NCBI GenBank assembly: GCA_002633005.1
Contig: NMRA01000010.1
Location: 1,804,516-1,868,515 of the forward strand
Direction of reading: 5' to 3'
DNA: 64,000 nucleotides
Origin: Phoronis australis
Lineage: Eukaryota; Animalia; Phoronida
Positions 1-13,939 of the stretch are shown here, piece after piece. Both the position numbers and the translations under genes were made by a program. The notes under the pieces are model-generated. The model did not search any database, was not told the DNA's origin, and worked only from the letters and a program-made list of their open reading frames with translations. Numbering within the stretch: position 1 is the first letter of the stretch; each line of letters opens with the position of its first letter.

Positions 1-380
1 TAACAAAACTAGGTGTAAAATGTGTAACTTCATCAACGATAGCACTTTTTTCCAGTCTTCCCAAACCAATGAAAACTTTGAAATAAAACATTATTCTGAT
101 TGCACCACCAACAATATTATTTACCTTATAACTTGTAAAAAATGTTCTATCCAATACTTATGACAAACTCAACATAATCTACGAACTCGGTTTCGTAATC
201 ATAGATTTAACATAATACATAAAAACATTTCCGATACTATAGGTAATCATTTCAATTCCAAAAACCATAATATTCAAGATCTTTCTGTACAAATAATAGA
301 AAAACTCCAACACCCCAGTACCCCTCACAGACTCAAAAGAGAACAATATTGGATAGACAAATTTAATACAATAGAACCTC

Positions 381-1143
381 ATGGATTGAACATAAAAACT
401 TCTTAAATTATGTTGTTGAATTTTTTACGCAAAAATGTATCATATTCATTGCATCATATCTTATATGTCAATTGTCATTTTGTGTTTGATTTTACTTTAT
501 TTCTATTTTTGTTGACAAAGGAAGTTATTACATCCGAAAATTTCAAATTTCAGTTGATCCATTCTTGTTGTTTTATTTACCGATTTATAGGGTGTTGAAA
601 CAATATAAGAAAACCACTAGTACCTACATGCTAATCCTAGAGGCTAAAAACTCCTAAAAACGCGCAGTTGTCACGATCTGGAGCCAAGTGATACTTTAGA
701 TCACAGAATTCTAGCCCAGGGATAGAGTTATATATTTAAACTGTAAGTGGGAAGTGAGATTCGGTCAGGAACGATTGAATAACAAAGGTGTGTATTCGAC
801 TGGGTTTGTCTATCAGCATGTCAACACGTGTTGATACCGTCAAGTTAATTAGTCCCAGAGAGAGTAATTAACTTGGGTAAGCAGTATGTCAGAGTTTACA
901 AAAAAACGGGAAAGGAAAGGCCCCATCATTGGAGTCCCCGCCGAGATTGAACCCAATGGATTAAACATAGAGACTTCTTAAATTATATCCTTTACTTTTT
1001 TCCGCAACAATCATGTTCATTACGCCAAATATCAGATGTCATTTGTCATATCGTGCTTGATTTTACTATATTTCTGTTTCTGCTGACAAAGGATGTGATT
1101 ACATCCGAAAATTTTAGTTAATTCATTATTGTTGTTTTATTTA
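381..1143 (+). repeat. Diverged ~190-bp direct repeat pair (381-~575 and 956-~1143)
   Basis: Both start ATGGATT(G/A)AACATA..ACTTCTTAAATTAT and share TGACAAAGGA..T.ATTACATCCGAAAATTT. Confidence 0.75.
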
Positions 1144-2426
1144 CATATATATAAGAAAACAAGAAAAGTGAAAAGAGCTACTAATCCCTCTATAATCTCT
1201 TTTCTGAGAAGAGTCACTGGAGAAATACAGATTTGCATCCCCTAAAAACTCTTCTTGAACTTACAAATCTGAATCAAGTTACAATAGAAAATCTGCGCAT
1301 TAACCAATTTCCTTGCACAAAGTATTATGAAAAATGACACGTCTTTATCAAAAGGAACGCCAAGGCTATTAACCTATGAAAACACTCCTGAAAACGATTG
1401 AGTTGGTCGGTGCTTTAGAGGCAAGTAATCTCCCAAACCCATCCGACTACGGAAATGCATGGAAAGAGTTTTTAAATGTCGTTTTAAAAGTCAAATTCTC
1501 GAATTTCATTATTTCACGTATTTAAACGAAGACATTTTCTGTCTTATTTTTGTAATGTTGAATTACATCTGCATGTGTTTCTGAGCTCAGCTTGAAAGCG
1601 TTGTCACTCATCTCGATAGGCCGAAAAGACTTACAATTCGACTCCATTATATAGTTTCATCTTCTGTGGCTGAATTTGTGTTTCGTGTACTTTTTTATTT
1701 CAAGATAGCTCGGAATAACAGCATTGTAACAAAACGAGGTGTCACGTAGTATGTCAGTGCCGTCGAAAAAGCTAAACAAGTGAACTTTTTAAGTAGCATG
1801 GACGTGTATTTAATCTGGCATGATTACTTCCTGTCAGTGCGTCGATTTTTAGCGAATTGAATGACATGAGCGTCATGGTCTTTTATCGGAGTTGTCTACA
1901 AGAAGATCTGTTGCCAAGTTGGTCTTTTTATATGCGCCAGTGCGAAATGCTCCGAACACTTGCAGAGTGTTGAATTAAAAAGAGAAAAAATAAATGGGTT
2001 TTGCTCAACTCCATGTGCTAAGAAACTTGAATTTCTTTCAATTAAGCATACACTGAACGTATCAGTCTTCGCAAAAACGGACGCTGTGTTCAGATTATTA
2101 AACAGAATGAAACTTAAGCCCAAAGTACCGTATTGGTTTTACCTTCTAAGTATCACTATTTGATTTCGTGTACATATTAGAAAGGATATCCAATCACCCA
2201 GTTCATTAAAAACTGTCATGAGAGATGAAACCACCACAGAGATTTAAAACGCAGATTCACTGCAACGACTCGTATTAGGTGTCAAACCAAAATTTTTGCT
2301 TAATTAGTGTTGACATCCGTTTCACAGCATGTACAGAGGCCTAAAAATTCCACAGTTGTTATCACCCGCTGGTTGACTTGTTAATTAGTTGAAAAGTACC
2401 AACGATTTCCTGAAAGAATGGCAAAA

Positions 2427-2873
2427 AAAACAGTGCAGGTGGTCTGATGCATCAGACGTGCGCAGGCCTCATGGTTGGGCCCATTGCACAAAACACCTGA
2501 GCAAAGGCACGAGACCCCAATTATGGCTCCTCGTGAAGAAAGTTTTCAAGTCTGCCAGTCTCCTTTAGGAAAACGGACAGACGTTTCCATTTGTTGCCAT
2601 GCAGTATATGTTGTAGGCAAGTAACAATGTCATCCAGTAGGTTGCTCCTTAGCCTATAAAAAGCTGGGCAAGACTCTACCAGGTGTTTAGGAGATTCTAG
2701 GCCAGTACCACACTCGGGACACACAGGGCTCCCCATATGCCCAGTAATGTGTCTGTGTCGGGCTAGGTTGCAGTGGCCCGTCAAAATTTGAATGACGTGT
2801 CTTATACCCAATCTATCTAGACTCAGAAGGCTTTTTGAACCTTTTGGTTCAATCACGTTGGGAAAATTCTCCT
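2427..2873 (-). mobile_element. 3' end of a non-LTR retrotransposon ORF2 (LOA/R1/I-group-like C-terminal Cys-His domain), cut off by the assembly gap
   Basis: ORF 2521-2856(-) reads QILTGHCNLARH...CPECGTGLESPKHLVESCPAF, the TGH + CxxC...E...H...CP motif of LINE C-termini. CCTGAAAGAATGGCAAA at 2410-2426 and 3883-3899 may be its target-site duplication. Confidence 0.8.
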
Positions 2874-3836
2874 NNNNNNNNNNNNNNNNNNNNNNNNNNN
2901 NNNNNNNNNNNNNNNNNNNNNNNNNNNNNNNNNNNNNNNNNNNNNNNNNNNNNNNNNNNNNNNNNNNNNNNNNNNNNNNNNNNNNNNNNNNNNNNNNNNN
3001 NNNNNNNNNNNNNNNNNNNNNNNNNNNNNNNNNNNNNNNNNNNNNNNNNNNNNNNNNNNNNNNNNNNNNNNNNNNNNNNNNNNNNNNNNNNNNNNNNNNN
3101 NNNNNNNNNNNNNNNNNNNNNNNNNNNNNNNNNNNNNNNNNNNNNNNNNNNNNNNNNNNNNNNNNNNNNNNNNNNNNNNNNNNNNNNNNNNNNNNNNNNN
3201 NNNNNNNNNNNNNNNNNNNNNNNNNNNNNNNNNNNNNNNNNNNNNNNNNNNNNNNNNNNNNNNNNNNNNNNNNNNNNNNNNNNNNNNNNNNNNNNNNNNN
3301 NNNNNNNNNNNNNNNNNNNNNNNNNNNNNNNNNNNNNNNNNNNNNNNNNNNNNNNNNNNNNNNNNNNNNNNNNNNNNNNNNNNNNNNNNNNNNNNNNNNN
3401 NNNNNNNNNNNNNNNNNNNNNNNNNNNNNNNNNNNNNNNNNNNNNNNNNNNNNNNNNNNNNNNNNNNNNNNNNNNNNNNNNNNNNNNNNNNNNNNNNNNN
3501 NNNNNNNNNNNNNNNNNNNNNNNNNNNNNNNNNNNNNNNNNNNNNNNNNNNNNNNNNNNNNNNNNNNNNNNNNNNNNNNNNNNNNNNNNNNNNNNNNNNN
3601 NNNNNNNNNNNNNNNNNNNNNNNNNNNNNNNNNNNNNNNNNNNNNNNNNNNNNNNNNNNNNNNNNNNNNNNNNNNNNNNNNNNNNNNNNNNNNNNNNNNN
3701 NNNNNNNNNNNNNNNNNNNNNNNNNNNNNNNNNNNNNNNNNNNNNNNNNNNNNNNNNNNNNNNNNNNNNNNNNNNNNNNNNNNNNNNNNNNNNNNNNNNN
3801 NNNNNNNNNNNNNNNNNNNNNNNNNNNNNNNNNNNN
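2874..3836. other. Assembly gap (N run)
   Basis: Continuous Ns; the poly-X ORFs across it are artefacts. Confidence 1.
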
Positions 3837-6800
3837 CCCCCCCCCCCCCCTAAATCCGCCTATGTAACACACCAGAGTTGACCCTGAAAGAATGGCAAAC
3901 AGTGTACGGTATTTATTTTAAAGGTGAGCGACGAAGGTGACTACGGCTGACAAGGAGGGAATAAACAATTGGTCGGACCTCAAAACCACTTTTTTAAACT
4001 TTTTAAATCTTTTTTAAATTCAACCATAGTTCTGTGGAATTCACATCCTGGCAATCTGAGAGACGTTACAGATTTAAATGCTTTTGAACGACAAATCAAA
4101 CGATATATATTTAGACTTAATTAAATAAGTGATAACTCAGATTGTATTAATTAATTAATTTATACATTTAATTGTCATATATCGTGTCACTTCATCATGC
4201 AGTCTTTTTCATCTCATTTTCACCCATGCCTGTGTTTTTGCATCCCTCGTTCCTCCTTTACAATTATTCACAATTTATTATTTATTCGTAATATTTAGTT
4301 TCTTTACTTTTTTAATTTGTGTATGGACCACCACGAAAATAATAATTTTATGCCGCCATCCCGCCACATCGTCTAAATGTCCCGCCTTTTGACACGAGGC
4401 CAACTTGACATCTTATCGTATACTATTTTAATTTCTCACGCCCCGCTCGGCACCCGAGATTTCCCATTCAAGTATAAAAAACATAATAACAGAAAACGCT
4501 GTCGGGCATTGTTGGGTTTAACATCTCCTGTTCAACAAAAAATGCCGTCGTTTCGTCTCTGTGTGCTGCAGCGAACATTTCACTCTTACGTTTTGACTTA
4601 GAGCCAGATGCCCCACTTGTTATCCTGAAGTCCCGCTTTTCAAATCAGGTGTTCCGTTTTTCCGTTTTTCCGTTTTTCCGTTCTTGAATGTTGAAGGTGA
4701 CAACTATGCAACAGGTGTTCAAAATAATATTGTCTCTTTTTATGAATATTGTTATTTTCCAGAGTGCACTTTCTTTAGCAACATAACTATTGTATAATGT
4801 GTTCCAAATTCTCTTGTTTACGGTAACCTACAATACATGTATCAAGATCACCAATTTACTTTCTGAAGAAAAGAGTTTATTTCTAAGCTTTCATGGAAAG
4901 TCCTACAATGCGATGAGCTATCCACAGTAAATTTCAAAGCTACGTGATGGATGTTTTATCATTGTTATCTATTCCGTCGGAAAACTTTTGTCTGCTAATT
5001 TCGGATAGATACTTGGAGTAGTTTATCGCACTTTCCGTAAACGCCACTGCATTCTGAATTTTTACTGAAGAATGAAATTGTATCAAACTGCATCAAAGGT
5101 CCAATTAATTATTATAGATAAAGATGTATAATTTTGGATGAATGCCTGACTAAATTATCCACAGCAAGGGTTAGGGATCTATATTCTAAAACCTTTATCT
5201 TTATAGGTTAGAAATCCTTCGAATCACTGAAATTATCTTCTTATGGCTTAACGTGTTTTTGATATTTTCTCTCTGGTTCATTTCCTTTTGATGTTTCTAT
5301 TACACGCAGTTTTTTGTCGCATTTTGTAACACTATTGAGTTTTATAGTTAAAAATATTTTTACCAGTCAGGTATGGGAACTGATTATTACTTATGAATTA
5401 AATTATTTATCTTTTGCTTCTGGTATAAACATCACGAAGTGCCCAAAGGCTTTCTAATGATTTGACTCTTATGCAATTTGGTTGAAAAAAGTAATGACAG
5501 TAGATTTCAAGGGAAGTTCACACTCCGGATCAAACGAATGCAAACAACCCTAACACATGCGCGGCGCTACCTCAATGGCCGCGAGATCGGAGTAGTCATT
5601 CCAGGGCTAGAGTTCTATGGTAAAACGAAGTCTAATATGTAAAATAGTCAGAAAATTAGTCGATCGAAGTAACTGATAATCTTCAAGTTACGAGGTTGAG
5701 TCTGAACTCACTGAAAATCTTGAGATTTTGCAGTACAGCTCTAGCTCCTGCACTGTATTTTGCTTTATTTCATCTCAGTCTGTTTTCAGTTTTGAAACGA
5801 TGATTTAAATACACATGTAAACTGAATCGCTTCATATAATGATTATTTGAACAATTTTATCGTAAATATGACATTTTCCTCGAAAACGCTCGATTGTTTC
5901 TTGCAGTGGATATTTCGTCTAGGGTTTGTCCAAATCTAGATACAATGTGAGATGAAGCAGGTTATATCACAACCTTGGTTATGGAACAGTCCTCAGTTTG
6001 TATGTAAATTAATTTTTAAACAGCTTTTGAAAATTATCTCTTAGTGTCCGATCTTAATATTTACTAAGAAGCATCGCGCAGACAAGAGCACGGGTCAGGA
6101 CGTAATGCTGCATTGCGGATGAGTTCCGGTGCTAAAGAGAGAACAACAACTGTATGTATGCGTTGCCTTTACGAGGAAAACTGCCGAATCCATTACGCGC
6201 AATTATTAGACAATCGTTATGTGCAGTAGCGAACACGTCTAAAAAGTGTTTACAAACGTATAAATAAACGAAAATAACGAGTAAAGATCCCTTTTGGAAC
6301 CAAAGAACAGTACCTTAATGTGGAAAGTGTACAGCCGTTTCGTCCATATCTCACGGACTTGATTCATCTCCGGGTTCGCCCTCTGTCGTTGTAGAATAAA
6401 ACAATAAAAACAGTACCGGGATTCCCTAATGTCGGGGGGAATCCCGATAAAATAAATAAACATTTAAACTATTTGGAGTTATTTGTAAGTAGCGACAATG
6501 CTGGCGAATTAAGATCAGGGCTACTTCCTTTATTCTCCGTTCAAAGTTAACTAACTGAATTTGATGCACGTATGTTACAACTGAAAGGGGCGTTAAATCC
6601 ATGATTTCTGCCTTAAACAAAATATGGTTTAAGCCACTTACCGTTATGGAAATGGTCTCATACTAAACCTTAGTCAAATAAGGTATGATATCTGTGCTTA
6701 GAAAGAACTGACAGTTAATTATTTCTCCAAACCAATGTCATGGGCTTGATCTGAAGAAATGACGACCCTTCGGTTCTTCCTGATCTAGAGATCACTTATA

Positions 6801-7232
6801 AAATAGGTAAGAAACTAAATAAGATCAATTTTGTAACGGTAAGTCAGCTAAATCAAAACTTTTTGGAAGAAAGCAGGGATTTATAAGGGGCACTTCGTCG
6901 ATAAATAAATGTCAATGTCGAATTCATAACCGATTTTGAATTGTTCCTGAGTGAGTCGGTATCTCCAGTCATACTGCGATTTATAAATCTCCGAATTCCC
7001 GATTTTAAGGTCGATCAAACCCAACAGACTTTGAATTGTTTTCTTAAGTTTCTGATGGTTCAGGTGTTCTTTTTGGTATAGAAAACGGAGTTCTATCACG
7101 GTCAGGAATATTAAATGTATATTAAACTAAAGCTAAATCTTCAGCAACATATGCCCTCTGTTATGAAACCGTTGAAAAAATATTCCTTCCTCGGATGCGT
7201 TATGGTTCACATCAATGACTGTCTAATCATAT

Positions 7233-7325
7233 TTTGCACTTGATGACCCGAGCACACCAGTTACAACTTCAAGTGAAATCTCGTGGTTTTCCTCGAGTTT
7301 GAATCTGGTGGTCATCAAGTGCAAA
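7233..7325. repeat. Short inverted repeat (16-bp arms), possible MITE relic
   Basis: TTTGCACTTGATGACC (7233-7248) pairs perfectly with GGTCATCAAGTGCAAA (7310-7325). Confidence 0.6.
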
Positions 7326-7689
7326 TCTGGACTACAACGCCGTCTGCATGAGTCGTAATATCATCGAGTACAGAGTTCACACAAATCTCGAATGGAAATG
7401 AGAAAAAAGTGACGTTAATTTGAAGAGACTGTTATATTTCGCTTCAATGGGTTACATTCGGTACAATATGAAAGAAGTTCTAAATACCATCATCTAAAGC
7501 ACAAGGAGTACAATTAAACAAGATTCGTGAAACGATATCTCAAAGTTTCGTGGGTTTTCATAGCATTGACAAGGTTCTTGTAGTCCAGCCCTCCTCTGAT
7601 ACAATACGAGACTAAACTTGAGGGCCGGTACCAGGGCGAGCTTAGCAGTGAAGGCAATAAAACTACAATTACAGTCAGGAATATTGTAA

Positions 7690-8250
7690 TCTTTATTTAA
7701 ATATATACATATGGCCATAGGCCCAAAGTATAACATATACAAGACAGTACATTGTCAGGTGCGTTACAAACTGTTTTAGTAAATTGTGAGGCTTGAGAGC
7801 ATGGTGGACGAATTTTAGAAACAAAAATATCCGGAGTTCTCGTGAGAGATTCAAATTTAGATGTTGTGGGAGACAAAAACGATCGCTTAAGTACTTAACC
7901 CGAAGGTCTTTGTAACGCACTTCAAACTAACACTACGTAGTATTTATCCTCTGCACATCCCCGTCACTCACACAACCTATTTTCATAGATAATATTTATG
8001 TGGCGACCTCTTTCCACTAGTAGCGAACGATTCGAGCATAGCATTCGAGTCAGAGAGTAGATAAAAACACGTGACATACAAACTATTTCTAACTAATTCT
8101 TTAGACGATACATTGTTTTAAACCTCACATAGTAAAACAGTTTTGGGTTACATTCGATATCAGATTGCCAGCCTTGCAAATAATAGTCATTGACACGCTG
8201 GGAAACAACTGTCAAAAAATACGCTTGGTATGGACCTTCAGAAGCGAGGG
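7690..8250 (-). mobile_element. Decayed LINE 3' fragment (copies at ~21340-21900 and ~34230-34790)
   Basis: Minus-strand FLTVVSQRVNDYYLQGWQSDIECNPKLFYYVRFK resembles the LINE ORF2 post-RT region. The 3' end has GGCCTATGGCC followed by AATAAA, as in the relic at 45565-46110. Confidence 0.65.
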
Positions 8251-8384
8251 GCACTTTCAAATACCGTGACAGCATGATAGCTCAGGAAAAAATACAAATT
8301 CAAACCGATTATTCGTGATGCCAAAGGATGCATTCTGTAGTAGCAGTGTTTAAGGTTGTGTATGACCCTCGAAAATGCAAACTT

Positions 8385-8630
8385 CGGGACATCATGTCTC
8401 ATCATCAACATTATGACTGATCGGGACATTATGTCTCATCAACATCATGGCTGATCGGGACATCATGTCTCATCAACATCATGGCTGATCGGGACATCAT
8501 GTCTCATCATCAACATTATGACTGATCGGGACATTATGTCTCATCAACATCATGGCTGATCGGGACATCATGTCTCATCAACATCACGACTGATCGGGAC
8601 ATCATGTCTCATCAACATCATGACTGATCA
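8385..8630 (+). repeat. Minisatellite, 34-37-bp unit, ~7 copies
   Basis: Unit GGGACATCATGTCTCATC(ATC)AACATCATGACTGATC repeated head to tail. Confidence 0.95.
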
Positions 8631-9687
8631 CATTCATACCACCGTTCTCCAAAAAGTTGTTAGAAATTGTTTTTAAAAGTTTCCACTTTTGTATTGGGGG
8701 TTATCAAACCTTTATAGTTATGATGAAAAAACTCAAAAGTTGCATAAAACGAAAACGATATTATAATTAAAAAAATGTAACATTCTTTTTGTCATTTCAT
8801 CTTGAAGACTTATATCGAACGAAATTTGATCACGTTAGTGATACAGTTGTCGTAACCCAGTTAATATCTAAATCTAAAATCAAGATCTAAAGCCTTCCTA
8901 CTTTCAAAAATATACTTTTACTAAATTAAAGTTTATAGTTGTAGGTATTTGGTTTAATACACCACCACGTCAATACGGTCCTACAAACCTTAATTTTATA
9001 ATAAGGCATTGTTGAAGCAAGTGACGGACACGGGCTGGTGGGACTAAGAGTCAATAGACTACAATCTATGACGTTGTGTTATAATTTGTTCGTTTATTTT
9101 GACTTTATTCTATCTGACTGGACCAAAATTATCACGGGTTGCTTCGCCAAATTATCAATACATTGCAGTGTTTAACGAGTCAGTTGTTCACACAAACAAG
9201 AAGTAGTCATATAAGAAAATTTTCGGTGATTGAAAATCGTATGCTTTCTTCTCCGAAATCCAGAAGGTTTTTTCAAACAAATGAAATTTGTGTTTAAAAC
9301 AGGTCCGGATAGTGCAGATCTGTAGACAATAGGCGGTCTGGGAAATGGGTAATGAAGAAATTCTCAATTTCGTAGTTTATTTAAAATATACCTGAAAGAC
9401 AGTATCCCCAAAAACTCCTTAGGGTTTATCGAATTTATCGAGAAAAGTTGTTATTATTAACTATGTTCAGATCAGTGAAGCGCAACAGGAAAAGTCGAAT
9501 ATTACTCATTACGTTCACGTGCTTACAAAGAGTTAAATAATATTTCTGATGACTGTTCAAGAAAATAGGACTACATAACGTTATATTCGACAGAGGTCAT
9601 AATCCGAAAACCAAGTCTTTATTTGCCTGAAGTTTTTTAAATAATGCTTTAGGACTTCCATAGCATTTGTATGATCATGTCACTTTT

Positions 9688-12600
9688 ATGCAAACAATTA
9701 CAGTTTAGCAGGGAAGCTGTTGCGTAATGTGTAATGACGTCTGCAGACAACGTCGCTTTTGATGACATAACGAGCACAAGAAAGAATGGGGCTAGGGCCG
9801 TAAGTCTTCCCCTGACTACAGTGGCGAGTATCTCCATAAAACTCCCACAGGTGTCGTTTGACTTCACCCAGTAGCTGAAGCCTGTGTCTCTGGTTCAGTT
9901 CTTTGCTAGCGGCGTAAAATATATGACAGATGCATTGATGGGGAGGAACTACAAGCGATCCGTCACTGACCCGTCGTCAAATAGTCGGCGAAAACAACGG
10001 CGAGTTTCGTTGTAATGTGCGTGACGTCAGATTAAAAATCAAGTATAGAACAATATCGAACATCACCAAAACAAGGATTGCGATTCACCGAATTGTGGTG
10101 AAGGACGGCATCAGACACCGAACAACATCATGCTTCGCTTCATTCACTCCGTCATTCGCACTGGATGCACGATGGATCGCCATGGGGAGGTCCAAGACTT
10201 GTACCGTAAGGAAAATGATATCGCACAATTTCAGGAAAGTCAAGTCTTGCTTCCCCAATGTATTGTATAGACCGTTTGAATTTACTTGCCTTCGAAAAAT
10301 CAAATCATGCGTCACAAATTCATTCCGTCGAGCGCTTGGATTCAAGAGCAGCTTCGAAAGACATGGCACGTTTAATGAACAGGAGTCCTCAGCTTCTGAT
10401 CGTCCCCAATACACTACATATAATACTACAAGTGGGGACGATCAGAAGCTGAGGGCGCCTGTGGTTTAATGTACCCGAACACCACAGATCTCGCTCGCCT
10501 ACAGAAAGCCACCGACGAAGACGCATAGTACCTGTTCGGCGCAACCGGAGATTGGTTGTCCGAAGGACTCTCGTCAGAGCTTGTCCAACAGGCAGCTCTC
10601 TGTAGAAAATTGGGTCCCTTATTACGCAAGATCACCGACAGCGGTTATACCAGACGCAGACAAGGCACCCTCTATAGTTATTAACGTGAAACAAAACTGT
10701 AGGCCTATCAGAAAACGGGAGCCAAATACGCTTTATTTTCCAGAGAGATCATTCAGGCAATTTTCAATTGAAAAGAGCGATGATTTTGAGTAAACTCGGC
10801 TGTTATTATGTCTTCAATGTTGTGTGGCAAACAGACACATAATATGGCGTCAACACAAAACATTAGAATCAGCAAGCAGCAGGAGGCTCTGCATACTCCA
10901 AAACTGTTCCAGTAGAAAAGGGCGCAGCAAGGATCGTTAGTAGCGCTGCCTCCTTTGTCCGTCAGATGCAAATAGGGGCTCCCTCGAACTCTAAGATCAC
11001 CCAGTGCATTTGCCTTCTAGGTAAAGTGGCCCCATATGTGCTACTTGTAATAATACAGACGTTTAGATTTTCATTTATTTTATAATTAGTACAATATGTT
11101 TTGTAGCAGTATACTTTACTGTGACTAATGTTATTACTGAAGGCGGCTTATTTTCACAAGCTTAGCCCATCGTTTCCATTTCAAAATATACATATTTAAT
11201 AAAACTGTGCTCTGCCTCACAAACTGCGTTTTAACAATTTTCACTGATGCCTCATTCTTCATTTTTTGTATTTTTTCTATTGTATTGCTTTTTGTTAATT
11301 TATAACTTATTTTTTAGTCATGATCACATGCAGTTTGGTTGCTATGCTCTGTATTAATATCAAATTGTCCACGGTGCACCTAGAACCATCTGTGCTGTGT
11401 GTTTCTTCATATTTTTTGTATCACGGCTCAGAATATATTATCTCTAAACGAGTTTTTCCCTCTTCACAGTTACCAAATGCGAGACGACGGCGATTTCTCC
11501 ATCGTCGGCATAGGACGTTCGGGCTATGTCTATCTTGGGAATTTCTTAAATGTCGCTACGGGTATTGAGCAAAAAGCTTGTATAAAAAACTACCTCTACG
11601 ACAACAGGGAAGCTGTAGCTGAGGTGGAGTACCAGTGTCTACAGGTCCTTGCTCCCTACAGATGCGTCCCCTTTGGGATGTTTCTGACACCAACGGTAGA
11701 CGAGGAAGATACGCCGACACTTGGAATTGTCATGGAATTCATAGAAGGCTCTACACTCGCTGATTACATAGACGACCGTCTTAAAAACGCTGATGAGGTG
11801 GCGATGCCGATCCCCGAAATTGTGAACGTGTTACTGCAAGCCGCTAAAGCAGTCCACTGTGCCCACAAGGGAGACATACTGATCAATGATTTCCACACCG
11901 AGAATGTGATGGTGGAACGAGAAACCAAAAACGTGAAAGTGATTGATTTTGATCATGCAACCATTAAGAACGGTTATTATTTAGTAAGTTTTTTAATTTT
12001 AAGCGACATCAAATCCTTGCTTTTTGTCAAAAAGTAAGACTCTATTTAGGCCACGAAACATTATGATATTGGTTTCAAATTGTTTAAGCTCATTTTATAT
12101 GGGCAAGTGTTTTAAATCAAAACATGTTTTTGGGAGAAACCACGGCTTTAAAGATCCAACGATGTTTCGAAATATTACCCGTCATTCGTCGTAACGGGAA
12201 TCGTGATCTTGGTAACTACGTGGCTATTTTCAAGACATGTGTCGTATTGTTGACCTATATTTGCAAGACTGAAATTCGATTATTTTTTCAACTTATCGCT
12301 TCCTCAATTTGGCAAAAAGAATTAAACAAATCAAAATTGGGAGCTTATACAAGTATTACATTTGCAGCACTCAGTTAAACCGGACCATGGGGGAATTTTT
12401 GTTCGTTCAAAAATGTTTGTGATTGACAATTGTTAACAGTTCTATAAACACACCTTCCGTCAGACTAACGTTTGATTTTGACTATTGACTGTTGAGTCTC
12501 AACTTGTCTCGTGCTCTGATAAATACATTTTGGTTATTTTCTACAATATTCTTTGTTTTAAGCACTAGTCCAAGTTCTCTCTACGAGACTTAGGGACTGT

Positions 12601-13109
12601 TTGAATACTCACTGGTAAGTGGTCTATAGCAAAAAAATACTATCAATGACAGAACGCTTTTAAACAACTTTTTAGACAACTTGTTACTATAAGACTTCTC
12701 TGCTCTTTCGTTATTGGTGGTCTTTGAGTAGGCTCAACTGAGAGTTGTCTTTTCATTCAGCTACGGCGTCAGTGCTCGGCGAAAATGGGATCATCTGACG
12801 CCAGCGGTTCAACATGGCGAAATCACGTCGGTACGGACGGACATCTAATCGTTCGGTACAACCATTGTAGCCATGTGTCGCGCCGTACGGAAGCGAATGT
12901 CATCCATTTACATGAAAACCATCAATGAGCTTTTAGGTTTTGGTCAACAATGCCGATCTCAAGATGTCAACAATCGACCGAGAACTATGCTGCCTGTAAT
13001 GAAGAAGATTGAGAAAGTTTCAAAAACCATTGAGTGGATGGCGGTTAATGACCACCGCGGTGTAGGCAGCGGCGATTACGAATCAAATACTGTTTCCGTA
13101 ATTTCATGA
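9688..13109 (+). pseudogene. Protein kinase pseudogene, copy 1
   Basis: Exons ~9688-10756, 11470-~11979, 12761-13109. The N-terminal exon has stops, a frameshift and a MITE; its donor is GT>GC. DFG is DFD (11951-11953), the next donor is GT>TT, APE is TPA, and there is an in-frame TAA at 12846. Confidence 0.85.
10378..10463. mobile_element. 86-bp MITE with ~31-bp TIRs and 8-bp TSD (P-element/hAT-type)
   Basis: (A)ACAGGAGTCCTCAGCTTCTGATCGTCCCCA...TGGGGACGATCAGAAGCTGAGGGCGCCTGTG flanked by GTTTAATG on both sides. Copies 2 and 3 show the empty site. Confidence 0.9.
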
Positions 13110-13939
13110 GAATATGGACTCTTTTCAATTTTGATATTTTCAATGTTTATGTTATTATGATTTGAATAAAATTTAATTCTTTGCGAATATTGCGAATTTC
13201 GAAGTAGAACCTTTTTCAATGATTGTAACGCAGTAGGCGTCAGCGTCATCATCATCATCATCGTAGTCGTCTCACCACCCGACCATAGTCTCCACTTCAC
13301 AGTCGCCCACGTGATGATAGAGCAAGTCAGTAACGCCACAGTCGATTGTTAATACAGTAGTGTTTGCCTTTTTACCGAAGATTTCGATAATGCTGCTACG
13401 GTAGATGTAGTCAAGCAAAAGGAAAACGACAGATTGACTCGTCTACTCTGACTTAAAGTGGTAGGTAAACTGCAAAGAGACAAAAGAAAAATACTGAATA
13501 CAATTCCGGTGCATTACTGGTAAAAACGCTTGCACTAATAAGTCATTAATTATTTTAACAAGTACAAGACTGCTGAGAATATACAATAATGGTGAAACGC
13601 TATTTTCTATACTTTATCACGGCAGTAAATAACCTATACAAAGGTAAACTCACGTCGATATGACCTTTACATAAGACTTTACACAAATCTTCCTAATGTT
13701 GTAATATTGAACCGAAAAATGTTATACTACTACTTCACATAGACATGAGTGCGAATAGTAGGATAAAATTAATTACCAGTCAAATACTTAGGAAAGAGAT
13801 AGGTAACAAAAGGATTCGCGCAACCTTTCACATGGCTGTCATTCTGTAGCTTAGTTTGAAAGTTGGGTATAATTATTTTCGACCGATTGCGAGAGACACT
13901 TACGTTCCTCGTGAACAGCTGATTCTGTCAGGCGTGTAC

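Noticed and set aside
929-956. tRNA-like 3' end on the minus strand (GGGTTCAATCTCGGCGGGGACTCCA)
   Set aside because: Only a T-arm/acceptor-like piece with no cloverleaf; at most a SINE or tRNA fragment.
2792-3881. Three ~340-350-aa ORFs
   Set aside because: They are translations of the N gap.
6416-6449. CGGGATTCCC/GGGAATCCCG hairpin as a terminator or Helitron end
   Set aside because: Isolated 10-bp stem with no CTRR end or second copy in the window.
8385-8630. CRISPR-like 34-37-bp repeats
   Set aside because: Units are contiguous with no unique spacers, no cas genes are present, and the context is eukaryotic; this is a minisatellite.
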